From Squalus acanthias (Eukaryota), in NCBI GenBank assembly GCA_030390025.1, contig CM059432.1, positions 62,498,001 through 62,562,000 on the forward strand: a stretch of 64,000 bases of DNA. The letters are read 5' to 3'. This document shows positions 52,273-64,000 of this stretch, one piece after another. Each line of letters opens with the position of its first letter. The first letter of the stretch is position 1. The notes beneath the pieces were generated by a model. That model saw only the letters and a list, made by a program, of their open reading frames with translations. It made no database searches and was not told the DNA's origin. The position numbers and the translations under genes were made by a program.

Positions 52273-53124
52273 AATTTGATTATGCCTCTGAAGTGCATTG
52301 GAACATCTTTCTACATTAAGGGCGCTATATAAATGCAAGCTGTTGTTGTAGAATTCCAAGGCCAAAGATGCATTTTGGTTTTAGCATGAGGAAGCTCATG
52401 CTAATTATCAATTCCAGTCACCTATTTAAAATCTAATGCCATCACTCAGGACATTTTCACGGCAACTGCACCAAAATATCTTCAGAGGGTCTAAGCATTT
52501 TAATGAGGTGCATTGAACCCTTTAAAGCACAAATACAGCAGAACAAGAGTCATATTGCCCTCTAAAAACAGCAAGACAGGAAGAAAAAAATTCAAGAAGA
52601 AAAAACATGAAACATTGACATTCTGCTTTAGTACAGAGGTGATATATGAGCCAACCATATATTCCTGAAATTCCTGTATTTACAAAATCTAATTATCTAG
52701 GAAACAGTACTTTGATCCAATTCAAAATCTGTAATTTTACAGATACAAATTTCCAGAACTATGAACTGTGAGTCACTTCACAATCAACTAAATTGATGCT
52801 TCCCATGTCAGAACTGAGGTGACCAGGTAGTAGGTCATTACTTTGCCTCACAATTCACCAGAAGGTGACACTTTGTGCATTAAAATGTCATTTATTAGCC
52901 TTAAGGTCATCGGTACACTCTGAACCCTGCTTACAGTTACACCACAGAGCGCTCCCGCAGAAAATTCCCAGTGAAAATAAGGGGTGTTTGACCAGGAGAA
53001 TCGGTAGCTGAGCTGATTGCTTTCTTTCTCTTAGCAGGCTGCTGAGCTGCAGATGTCCTATTATGTTTAATTTTGAGTGTATTTGCTCAGGTTTATTTAG
53101 AAATTAAAACACAAAATTCCTTAC

Positions 53125-53217
53125 CTTGATTTCACAGGCATATGGTCCAACTGCCTCTTTAATCTTTTCAACAAATGCAGCAACTAACTTTAAAATGTCT
53201 TCTCTACAGTCCCGAAA
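53125..53217 (-). CDS. PRKDC: DNA-PKcs exon 3 (93 nt)
   Basis: FRDCREDILKLVAAFVEKIKEAVGPYACEIK, AG/GT flanks. Confidence 0.95.
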
Positions 53218-53286
53218 CTGGAAATCAAAATATGACAGATTTTCTATTAAATATATTACATAATAAAGCTTCAAAACACAATCAGC

Positions 53287-53750
53287 TGTTGCGGTGTCAG
53301 CCTTGGCTCAGTGGTAGAATTCTCATTTCTGAGTCAGAAGAATGTGGACTCAAGTCCCACTCCAGAGACTTGAGCACAAAATCTAGGTAGACACTCCAGT
53401 GCAGTACGGAGGGAGTGCTGCACTGTCAGAGGTGCTATCTTTGGGATGAGGCGTTAAACCAAGCCTCGTCTGTTTTCTCAGATGGACGTAAAAGATCCCA
53501 TGGCACTATTTTGAAGAAGTGCAGGGGAGTTCTCCCTAATATTTGTCTGGCTAATATTTATCCCTCATCACTGAAACAGATTATCTGGTCATTATCACTT
53601 TGCTGTTTGCGGGACCTTGCTGTGCGCAAATTGGCTGCCGCATTTCCTACATTACAATACTGACCACACTTCAAAAGTACTTCATTGGCTGTGAAGCGCT
53701 TTGGGACATCCTGCGGTCGTGAAAGAAGCTACATAAATACAAGTCTTTCT
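53287..53750 (+). mobile_element. Full-length DeuSINE (SacSINE1-like) in PRKDC intron 2
   Basis: tRNA-like head TGGCTCAGTGGTAG..CAAGTCCC; Deu-like core GCTGTGCGCAAATTGGCTGCCG; L2-type tail; a 5' fragment also at ~8770-8875. Confidence 0.8.
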
Positions 53751-53766
53751 TTGATGGAGAACTTAC

Positions 53767-53843
53767 ATCTTCATTGCTGAGTGATTTTCGAAGGAAGATC
53801 AGTAACCCTTCATCCTTGGAGAACACCAATGAGCTGTGTAGAG
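53767..53843 (-). CDS. PRKDC: DNA-PKcs exon 2 (77 nt)
   Basis: cag|..ALHSSLVFSKDEGLLIFLRKSLSNED|gtaagt. Confidence 0.95.
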
Positions 53844-54231
53844 CTGCATATAAACAATAGAAATGTGATAATAAACTAACACAAGAAACAAAATTTAGGC
53901 CACAAAGAGCCCAACGCAAAAACACTTAAATTAATTTGGAAAAATGAAACAAGAGTTTTTGGAGAAAAATGTAAAAGCAAGAGGGGTACTTATTGTAATT
54001 TTATTTGATAAATTCAATCAAGTTGCTCAATACAATTTACTCACTATTGTAACAGCGAGTTTGGGCTTAAGAAGAATCTTAAACTATCAGTGCAGCTATA
54101 GATAGGTCAGCCAGACGTAGTGACAAACTGTAGTTGCATCTAGTATCACTGTAGTCTTTTGTAGTACTGTTTGTGGGGTATCAAATGTTTACTTTTCTTT
54201 AGTCACCTTCAGTTGCCCCAGGCTACACACA

Positions 54232-54520
54232 AGAGTCTCAGGATACGGGGTACGACATTTAGCACTGAGATGAGGAGAAATTTCTTCAGAGGGTGGTGAA
54301 CCTGTGGAATTCTCTACCACAGAAGGCTGTGGAGGCCAAGTCACTGAATATATTTAAGAAGGAGAGATAGATTTCTAGACACAAAAGGCATCAAGGTATG
54401 GGGAGAGAGCGGGAATATGGTATTGAGATCGAGGATCAGCCATGATCATATTGAATGGAGGAGCAGGCTTGAAGGGCTGAATGGCCTACTCCTGCTCCTA
54501 TTTTTCTATGCTTCTATGTG
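54232..54520 (+). mobile_element. CR1 3' end
   Basis: Reverse complement of 1395-1690. Confidence 0.88.
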
Positions 54521-55094
54521 ACCAAGACCTGCTGCCAGCTGGTTGTTGGAAGTTTCTTTGAACCAGCCATTGCCAAAAACACAACAGCAACCGAGGACAA
54601 CAGGCCAAACCTCAGGGAGCGTACGGAAAAGAAAAACTCAATAGAATAGGGATCAAATCTGCTGTCACTTCAAAGCCCCACCACACTCCTACCTACAAGC
54701 ATACCAACATTTCTCGCATTCTCCATTTTTGTTTCACTTCAACAACTAATACTTAAAATGTACTCGGAATATAAACTGGCTGTTGGATCGCTCACTATCT
54801 GAAATGAATGTAATGAGCTTACTGAACATGACATTACTGCAGAAAACATCAGATGCCACAAATGCACATCCAACCTGAACCAATAGCTTCTGTCATGCAA
54901 TGAAATAACAAGTTAGAACCCATAATTCCCCACAGACTGAATTCTTGGCTTCAGAGACAGTGAGAGGAATATACTGAGTGACTTGAAGACAGCAGGAGGG
55001 AAAATCCGTGTCAGGTCATACCACTCTTGCATCTCCCAGTGGCCTGTTGCCAAGCAAAATAGGCATGAGACAGATGGGAGCAAACGCAACAGTG

Positions 55095-56780
55095 TGCATT
55101 AATATAGATTCTTTAATGAAGTAAACCTCCCATGGTGCTTCACAAAGGAGAAATTGACCCCAACAGTAGTAAAGATGATCAAATACATGACAAAAAGATG
55201 GGTTTTGAAGAGGTTTTTAAAAGGAGAGAAGTAGCAAGGTAGTGGGGGTGGGAGTGGGTTCCCGAAGGTAGGAGTGACACGGCTATAGGCTCTGCCACCG
55301 ATGAAGGAATGAGCACCTGTGGACGAGGATGGTGTCAGGAGTAAGGGTACAGTTTCCAATGGAACCAAACAAGATCGATTCAGTCTTGGCAACATTATGT
55401 TGAAGAGGTGGCTCATCCACAACTTGATGTCCACAAGTGGTCTGACAACACAGAAGCAATGGTGAAACTGAGGGTGGCAATGAAGGTTTGAGCTGCATAT
55501 CATCAGCTTACAGGTGGAAGCTGAGTAAAGGAAGAAGCGAAGGATCAAAACTTCGGGTACTCCAGAGGTGATCATGTGGAAGCAGGAAGAGGAGAAAAGA
55601 TATTGCTGGCAAAACACTGGTTACATTAGAGCAGATAAGAATCAAACAAGTGAGGGTGGTCATGTGCAGGTGGACCATGGATGAGAATGGAGTGGTTAAC
55701 CGAGTCAAACATGGTGCAGAGTTCGAGGACATTGAAGGATACTTCGCCACGGTCACAACCATTGGTGACTTTGACCAGGTCAATCTCAGTTCTGTGAGCA
55801 CAGTGAAAGCCAGACTGAAGGAATTCAAGCAGGGAACTGTTGGAGAGATGAATAGAACTAGGTGGTGATAAAGCATTCAAGTGTCTTAGTTACAACAGGA
55901 TGACTGTTAAAAAGATGGAGGAATCGAAGACAGGCTTTAAGAAGAGTTAAGTGATGAAGGCAGTTTTGAAGTGGAGGGGAATACTGCCTGTGTTATGGGA
56001 ATTATTTACAATGTTACTGAGCATTATGACAAGGGTAATTCGGTGGTCAAGAATTGAGTGGGGAAGGGATCAATGAACAAAGAAGTGGGTCTCAGATAAG
56101 CATGGCTGTGGAAGATGTAACTTAAGTGATATGGAGTCTGGGCTGGGATGAATGAAACAATGAAGGATCAGGCACGTGTGTGAAAGAGGAAGAGTCAGTG
56201 GCTGAGGCAGCTGTGTGGATCATTTCCATCTTTGAGATGAAGTCGATAAACTCCTCACACTTTGTGTTGGAGATCAGGATCGAGGGGTGCAATAGGGAGT
56301 TTTGGAGGAGGCAGTTGGTCATTCAGTCTGGGATGGCCTTTATCTTCAAGGATAAACCTGAAGTGGAAGTTGGCTGTGGAAAGGGAGATGTGGTATTGGT
56401 TGAGGTGGTCAAAACAGACCCAATGGCCAGTTGAGAGTCAGGTGCATTCAAGCCTTTGGCTTCCAGGCATGGATGTTGAAATGAAAACTGCACTAGCAGA
56501 ACAGAGACCATGAGAAACTGTGTGTGGACAAGGTCAGCAAAATCAGAATCAGGGAGTTGTTGAGTAGGTAGACAATGGCAGCAGGGTCAAAATAAGAGTA
56601 CCAGAGAAAGGGTACTTGGGGGTTAGAGAATGTATTGGCCAGTAAGCTAGGTTTGGGGAGCATTGTGGGTATGTGGAGGGTATAAAGACAAGGAAGTATT
56701 TGTTGGTGGCCTTGTGACTGATCTAATAATGAGATAAGATGAAATCAAATTTTAAAAACACTATGGACACAAACTATTCC
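55095..56780 (-). mobile_element. Old L2 LINE fragment
   Basis: LQSGF..AHRTE..LVKVTN, FDSVNHSIL, GGRAYS. Confidence 0.65.
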
Positions 56781-57435
56781 TATTTTTATAATCTTTTATT
56801 TCCAAAATAGAAATGAAAATTTTCAAGTCATAACATCTTTCCTTTCCAGATTTCCACCCCCACCCCCACTGACATTTGTTAAATTCCACTATTTAGCCTT
56901 CAAAGCCACATATGACCGACTTTCAAGCCCACACAAATGTCATCCTGAGCCGAATGCCATCAGGAACATGAAAGTAGATGGGGAACAGGCCTTTGATTTT
57001 CCATCTCCACTTCGTAGCGGTGTCTGGCTTTCACTTGGCACCTCTCTACATCAGCAGAGTAGAGATCAAGGTTGCCCAACATGATAGTGCGATAAAACTG
57101 CACATCTGTTTACATAGAATTGCAACATGGAAACAGGCTGTTAGGGCTAACCGATCCATATTTGTATTTAAGTTCCACATGTTTTCACAAAGCATGCGAG
57201 AAATAATTTTATAGGGCAGGATTAAAGAAATGCACAAAACCACATGCAATTTCTTAAACTTTGAAAAGAGGTAACAAAACTGTTTATTATTTTGGTGTAG
57301 CAATCCCACTCAAGTCCTCACTGGGTTAACATACAAGAACACAAAATAATTCAAGATTACTAAAACAACTTATTGGCATAGCCCTGGCCCAAACAAAAAA
57401 CGGACAGACAGACATAGTCTACTCCTCTTAATTCA

Positions 57436-57664
57436 TGATGCGGAGATGCCGGTGTTGGACTGGGGTGGACAAAAATGAGAAGTCGCACAACACCAGGTTA
57501 TAGTCCAACAGATTTATTTAAAATTACAAGCTTTCGGAGCTGTCGCCCCTTCGACAGGTAAAGGTACCTTTACCTGACGAAGGGGCGACAGCTCCGAAAG
57601 CTTGTAATTTTAAATAAATCTGTTGGACTATAACCTGGTGTTGTGCGACTTCTCATTTTTGTCC
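57436..57664 (-). mobile_element. Second ORF-less Penelope-like palindromic insertion (198-bp palindrome + tail)
   Basis: Arms 57467-57565/57566-57664 with one mismatch; tail 57436-57466; TSD TCCTCTTAATTCA at 57423-57435 and 57662-57674. Confidence 0.8.
57570..57607 (+). ncRNA. Minimal hammerhead ribozyme motif (mirror 57524-57561 on minus has a core substitution)
   Basis: TTAC-CTGACGA-A-GGGGC[GACA]GCTCC-GAAA-GC-TT-GTAA. Confidence 0.7.
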
Positions 57665-58859
57665 TCTTAATTCAAAACTGCTTAATTTAAGTTTTTAGCA
57701 CCAAGTTCCCTATTTGCTGCTATTTATGTTACTTAATTCATTGGGTAATTTAAAAGTTATTACCCCAAAATAACTGAATCAGGAGTAATATATATATATA
57801 TATATACACACACACTTTTAATAAGATGCCTCAGACATAAATTGCATTTTTTTGTTTAGTCAAAACATTACAATTGCAAAACATTTAATAAAATACTGAT
57901 AAAGATGCAGTTATGCTGTGCTATAAAGTGGTAGGACAAGGGACCATGTCCATAATTTCAACTACACACATGGAACCAGGAGAGATGCCAAAAATTAGAT
58001 ACTTTCCCAATAAGAAAGTAAAGAAAGTCACTACTCTCACACACCTAGTGACTGGTTACAGAACGGTTTAGGTAGTGGCCAGGAAATAGTTGGGCTCAGT
58101 CTGATGCTTTGTGTGGACAGAACCTAAAAGAGCAGAAAGATACACTTTAAAGGGTGTGTTCAGAAAAATCCAATAGCCCAATTATTTGGCAAAACCTTCA
58201 AAAAACAAGTTTGAGTGCCAGAGCTTTAGTTGGTTTGTTTTAAGCCAGATGTCATAAGATGCAATATCACACAATATTAAATCGTTCAATCAGAAAAGGA
58301 GAAAGAAAGGGAGCGCTATGACTGGTAGAACTTAACATTCTGTTTCCAAATCACACTTGTTAGCTGCCCTGCTTCAAATACATCAAGAGCCAAGGCTATC
58401 GCGTACTCCTTGTTGGAGTGTTTTTGTTAAGGGCGGGGGGTGGTGGCGGCAACCTGAAGCAGAAGAGACAAAGAAATATAAATAAAATCCAGTTAAGACC
58501 ATAAATCTTCGTTATAAATTGGGGGGCGGGGGGGGGGGGGTGCGGTCATACACTAAACTGCTGCTGGATAGATGATAAAATGCTTATAATACTAAGGTAC
58601 TGTTTTCAATCCAAGTGTCTCTTGAGCATGGGTATTTGTTTAGGTTAACAGAAATAGTTTAAGCCTGTACTTATTAACTAGGTTATGATGATAATAGTAG
58701 TCAAGTTTATTGCTAATATGAATCAATCAATTCTTTTACATCAATAATTGGTAATGTAATGGAATCAATCATTGGGAATAAACCCAGATTAATTGTATGA
58801 TAACTTGATTAACGGCAGGCAAGATGACCCAAGAGAAAGATCCTCCTTGGCTTTTCTCA

Positions 58860-59930
58860 GGAAGTGACATCCCAGTGGGACTGTAGAAAGCTTTACAACA
58901 TGATAAACCCAAACACCCAAAGCGCCTTTGACAAAGTGCTGCATGAAAAGCTGTTACTTAATCTTAATGGGACTTCAATGTAAAACCAGAGAATGAATAA
59001 GAAACTGGCTGATGGGTAGGAAGCATCAGGCACTGGGGGAGTGAATGAAGACAAGAATAAAAGTGCCAAGTGAATGAAGGGAAGAAGTAGTGCCAAGTAT
59101 TCCAGGGATTGGTATGTTCTAATTGACATTACCAACTTGGATTAAGATGCTCAATGCAAACTTGTCACTTTAATAAAAGGGGATGGGGAAGAAAGAGGTA
59201 AATCAATCTAATAATGGCTGTCAAAGAGCTACAAAACAAGTTAAACATAATGGGACAATCAGTGGCAGATGAAATTCTATGTAGATTAGTGTAAAGTATT
59301 GCACAGGGAAGGAGGATTGGATGATATTCATACTCGGACTGCTCTCAAGCTAGCTAAGCGTGAAGATGAAAAATGTGGGGGTATTAATAGATTTGGCACT
59401 TAACTTGTTCAATCACTGCAGAACACCAAAGAAAACAGAATGCTGAACGAAACAGCCAGAACAAGAGTACAATCGGGAGGAAGTCATGCTTAAACTGTAG
59501 AGTTCTGATCCACACCTCATGTATTCTGCACAGGTTTGGTCACCAAGACACAAGGGAGACATTCAAGCTCTGCAGGCAGGGCACTGAACAGTAATGAGGC
59601 TGCTCGCAAAGAAAGACTGGAAAAACTTGAACTATTCAGCCTTGAAGCAACTAAGAGGGTACCATACAAGAAATATAAAAGATACTAAATAGGCTAGAAG
59701 TGGTAAATCCAGAACACTACTTCAACCAAAACAGTGACATTAGGACAAGGGGGCATAGACTGAACCAGAGCAAGATAAGTGTAGGACTGATGTTTTTCAC
59801 ACAAAGTGATCAACATTTAGAATAGTTATCCAGGTAAGGTAGTACAGACAAAAACCCTGGAATGGTCCTGTCGCTTCTTTCTGGATGGCTGAGATAAAGT
59901 GGAGCTGAGCTTTTTCATCTGTACCAATCT
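58860..59930 (+). mobile_element. Highly degenerate CR1 fragment
   Basis: Remnants of AFDKV.H, WQMKF, LFSLE, RTRGH motifs. Confidence 0.55.
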
Positions 59931-61038
59931 TAAGACCTATATTCATGTCAATTAAAAGAATTTTCTGAGAAAGACTCTCTTGCTTTTCCTATTTACCAGT
60001 TACGGGACTCCATGCAAGACTTCTCTTTCAAAATCCCTAAAAATATCTTTCCTCCCCAACTACCATACCCGAACCTACCAACGTATTTAAAATTGAAAAA
60101 CATAGTGCAAACATCATACTCAGCTACAGTTTGCTAAACTTTAATTTGGGAGTTTTCCCAAAGTCTCCGGTTTCCAGCTGACTCGGATAAAGCTTTGGAG
60201 CAGCTTGAGGGGAATTGAAATCGCTGTTTATGCAACACAACATCGATAAAATATCGAAAATACCTTAGCAGCCACCACTTGCACCTTTCTTGATAACAAG
60301 ATCGATGTTCACGGCAACACTCGGATCCCCGCTATCTAGAGCAACATAAGGCTGGTTTTCCCCTTCTGTTTCGCCCCAAATCATCTACAACGGAGGTATT
60401 GGCAAACTGGCCCATTCAGCATTTTTAAAACGCCATAAAAACGGAAAGGAACGGGAAAAAACTAGGATTTTAGTGCAATCAGAATAACTAAAATACCAAA
60501 GGTTCCAAGCACAACTTAAATTGGGGAACTTGGTCACAATTGTACTTAAATCAATGAAGCAGCCACTGCTTTTTATTCTGCTGGCATCTATGAATTGCAA
60601 TACATGCAGTTTACAAAGTCGATGTTTTGCCTCAGATATCCAATGTTCTTTCTTGAATGCGAGTTTGTTTACTATACAGGCTTTTCTGCATCTAGACCAA
60701 TTGCACAAGATACTTTTTTCAATATTCCAGAATCTGATCACTTATTTTGCAAGTACCGGGGTATAAAACTAGCAATTCCTAATGTGCTCTGAACTCGGCT
60801 CTTATTGCCGGAAGTGCAACGGTATCCCGGCGCTTAACACTTGTTTAAGGTGCCGATGGATTGACAACTGATGCCCGGGGGCGCTTCATTTCCTCGTCCA
60901 GTCGTGAATGAAGAGTGGCCCCGGGGGGTTCTGCATACCTGGCCCGGGAACTGAAATTCATGTCTTAGCTCTGCAACCCAATAGATACAAATTCAACTTT
61001 CGGTGCCTCTGATCAGCGGCCTTACTGTAGATACCCAC

Positions 61039-61183
61039 CCAGCCGGCTTTCATTACTGGTATCCAGAAAGTCGTGGCTGAGGTTGGTGATGACATTGTGG
61101 GACTCCGCGGACGCGCTCTTGCTGTCTTTGGCTGACAGCAAGCTGTGCAACTTATGGAGCCGTCGCTGCATTCCAGCCGCCAT
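61039..61183 (-). CDS. PRKDC: DNA-PKcs coding exon 1
   Basis: ATG at 61183; MAAGMQRRLHKLHSLLSAKD...NESRL resembles the DNA-PKcs N-terminus; phase-1 donor G|GTGGGT joins exon 2 in frame. Confidence 0.85.
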
Positions 61184-61563
61184 TGTCCCGGCTCGAGACA
61201 CAACTCCAGCCGCCAGCACCGCGTTCTCAACACTCCCACTCCCGGGCCGCGTGGGAGGGGGGAAGGAGGTGGGGGCGTGCACTCTTCACATTGAGCAACA
61301 TTGTTCCTATCGTGATTTTCTTACATACGCAGATGATAAATATCACTATTCTACTAGAATTAGAATTCTCATAAAAACAATTTCCGGCGATGTGACTGAT
61401 TTATAACCATCAATTCCACACATATCCCCTCTTCCGCTTGGAATGGATCCTTCCCTGTTATTCGAGCGCCAGCGGTGATTGGCCGGCAAAGCGCGCGCAG
61501 CAGAGGTCAGCTGACGGATTCCGCGCGAAATCCAGCCTGCAGTGTGGGGGGAGAATCAATAAG
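61184..61563. promoter_or_regulatory. PRKDC/MCM4 bidirectional CpG-rich promoter, including probable non-coding MCM4 exon 1 ending at 61563
   Basis: CpG-rich; reverse CCAAT (ATTGG 61478-61482); E2F consensus TTTCGCGC on minus strand (61523-61530); + strand donor AAG|GTGGGT at 61563/61564. TSSs not determinable. Confidence 0.7.
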
Positions 61564-62049
61564 GTGGGTATTGGTGAATGAGAAAATATTACCGCTTAGA
61601 AGTAAATAACCTGCATTGTACTTGTAGTACTGTGGTGTTTGTGTTTGATGTGTTATGTTTGCACTCATAGTCGTGTAAATAAATTGAAATAGTAAACAAA
61701 AAATAGGAAATAGACAGCAGCTCAGTCGTCAGGCTTCTCTTTAGGCCAACGGATTAGTGGTAAATCCGAACGGAATTGGTTCTGTTGTTTTAAAAATCAA
61801 AATCTGTTTTTCCGACTTTATTCTAAAACAATTTCAAACAAGTTTTTGGCAGGAAAACAAGTGAGGGACCCGAGTACAGCAAAAGTGATGTTACTTTGAT
61901 AATGTTTAACGTGCGAGATTTCATTTAAAATATTGTTTTGAATTTCTGATGGTAAATTTATCGCGTCTGCCAGATCTTTTTACTTGTCTTGAAGTTTCCT
62001 CACCACCCCCCCCCCCCCCCCCCATCGCGAAAATAAGTAGGACGTTTAC

Positions 62050-62460
62050 ACAAGATGGTTACAGATGAAAGCCATTCGGTCCACCTTTCTTCCATCCAGA
62101 AAGACCCTACTATCAACTTAATGTTAAATGATTCCATAGATTTTCCTTCACAGCACTGTCCAGGAATCCATTCCATGAATTGAACACTCCTTGTGTAAAG
62201 CATCGCCTAAGATCAGTCCTAAATTTGCCTTTTACTAATTTGAATCTGTTCCCACTTATCCTATTGTCACAGTTTATTTTAAATGAGTATTCAGGATTAG
62301 CCTTTTCTATACTCTTAACTATCTTGTACACCACTGTAAGATCACCACTGAGATGCCACCTTTCCACTCAGAAGAGCCCATGTTTCTCGACTCTCCTCAG
62401 AATTCTAGCACTGGGAATCAGCTTTGTGGGGCTTCTCTACAGAGCTTCACTGTCTCCCTT
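62050..62460 (-). mobile_element. Old CR1 3' fragment in MCM4 intron 1
   Basis: LSGDLTVVYKIVK..GNRFKL.KGKFRTDLR..FTQ.V.NSWN. Confidence 0.7.
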
Positions 62461-63005
62461 GTTTCTCAACCACCAGAAGGGGAAGACCAGATTAGCTTTT
62501 TATCATCACAACTCCAGACTACCTGTGAGCAACACTAGGAGAGATCTGCTATTTAAAAAAAAAATTAAAATTACTGATTTTAAGCAGCCTACAAATTACC
62601 TGTAATCAGAACCATTCTCCTTTAATAAAATCTCAGGGTTGTGACAAAATATAGGCTTACTATTACAGCTTGATCTTCTTGGAGGAGGAGGAGAGAATAA
62701 TGAGTGTACCGGAGTAACTAAATAAGTATTATTTTTCATAATTCTGCTCTTGGAAGAAATTGAGAGTTGGAGTGCCAGCAAGAAATGAGAGGTGTTGAAA
62801 GTTGCACATTCTTTCTTGTGAATATATAAATTAATTTTTTGCTATAAATGTCAAATTATTTAAATGTTTTAAGGCAAGGAATTTGTGTTATGAATGTTAG
62901 TAAAGTGATATTGGTATTTTGACTCTACTCCACATTAAAATCTGTCAAACATGTTTGAATGCATAGCTCAATGTTTATGTATTTTTTCCCATCCTAGTGC
63001 TAAAG

Positions 63006-63075
63006 ATGTCGTCGCCAACATCTACACCTAGTCGTAAAGGAAGCAAGCGTGGAAGAGGCAGTAACCCTCCCACAC
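63006..63075 (+). CDS. MCM4: MCM4 first coding exon (exon begins 62998)
   Basis: cctag|tgctaaagATG; MSSPTSTPSRKGSKRGRGSNPPT; donor GTAAGT; Ser/Thr-Pro-rich MCM4 N-terminus. Confidence 0.93.
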
Positions 63076-63783
63076 GTAAGTCCTATTGTTCACCGCAGCA
63101 TCCATGTACATCAAGAGCTCTTGAAGCCTTTAAAATTTTTCTTTAAAGCCATTCCAGTTCATTGGGTACAAAATATTCTACTGAAATATTCACATTTTTG
63201 GACATTGTTTCTGTACAAAAATAGTTTTGTTGAATATTTTAGTTTTAATTAGATAAATACATGTGACCATTTAGATATTCTTAATTTTAAATGTCGTCTA
63301 AAGAACTGAAATGCTATCCACTAAATATCCAGCCAGTTAGTTCACCATGTTCCCAGGCCTGCTCTGCCCTTCCCCCTCAAAATATGTTACACAATATACT
63401 TAGTTCACTTCCATACAGATATTCACTTTAGTGATCGTGCAGCAAATCCTACATCAAGTTACCAGCTGGACAAGAGGGAAAAAGTTATTTGTTTCCAATA
63501 ACTGACTGCTCTAAAATGTTAAGAGATTCAACTTGATAAACTATTCATCTTGTATTTACAGTACAGCTGTATAAAACGTTTACAGATCTTAAAGAGGGCT
63601 GTCCAAACAAGTTTCAAGTTATGTCACTGATGGTTTTAACTTGGAACAGCTTGCCTAATTGTTGTAGTTCATGTCCATATGAGGCCAGAATTATGTTGTC
63701 ACTTGCATTTAAAAAAAAATATTAACTATGAAGACTAGAAAATGTGGTTAACACGTTAATAACAATAAGTCAACCTCTTGCAG

Positions 63784-63951
63784 CTCGTAGTGATGGAGTA
63801 CAATCTCCACCTTCGCAAAGGCAGCGGATGGATGATTCAACATCCACTGGGGAGCTGCAGCCGATGCCAACTTCTCCAGCAGCAGATGTTCGGAGCCCAC
63901 ATGTGCAGGAGTCATCCTTCTTATCCAGCCCAGCACGGTCACGCCATTCAG
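63784..63951 (+). CDS. MCM4: MCM4 second coding exon (168 nt); gene continues beyond window
   Basis: [35 protein letters not shown]...; [14 protein letters not shown] is diagnostic of MCM4. Confidence 0.94.
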
Positions 63952-64000
63952 GTTTGCTGTTTGTCATTTTAGAGCAAACTCTGCAGCAATTCGGACATTT

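Noticed and set aside
60266..60333. Possible extra PRKDC exon in intron 1 (AG...GT on minus)
   Set aside because: Exons 1 and 2 already join in frame; no homology to DNA-PKcs
61184..61282. N-terminal extension of PRKDC suggested by the ORF track
   Set aside because: Begins at a non-ATG codon; homology starts at ATG 61183

Overview
Vertebrate genomic DNA, most likely from a cartilaginous fish (inferred from HE1/V-SINE-like, SacSINE1/DeuSINE-like and HER1/CR1-like repeats). The minus strand carries coding exons 1-23 of PRKDC (DNA-PKcs) from ATG 61183 down to 8280: 2611 nt spliced, all GT-AG, phases consistent, continuing beyond the window start. The plus strand carries the 5' end of MCM4, head-to-head with PRKDC across a short CpG-rich bidirectional promoter. 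Introns are filled with nested mobile elements: CR1 and L2 LINEs, an ORF1-less EN+RT LINE, SINEs, Harbinger, pogo-like and hAT MITEs, and Penelope-like elements (PLE). Two things stand out. (1) Two independent ORF-less insertions (1986-2245 and 57436-57664) are spacer-less 226- and 198-bp palindromes with 13-bp TSDs, a ~31-34-nt tail and a minimal hammerhead ribozyme whose stems co-vary between copies; a third hammerhead lies behind a GIY-YIG PLE ORF. (2) A LINE family whose longest copy begins with a tRNA-like (A/B box) head has a SINE-like internal-deletion derivative in the same window. All family names and human comparisons come from recalled sequence knowledge, not database searches. Repeat boundaries without TSDs are approximate.
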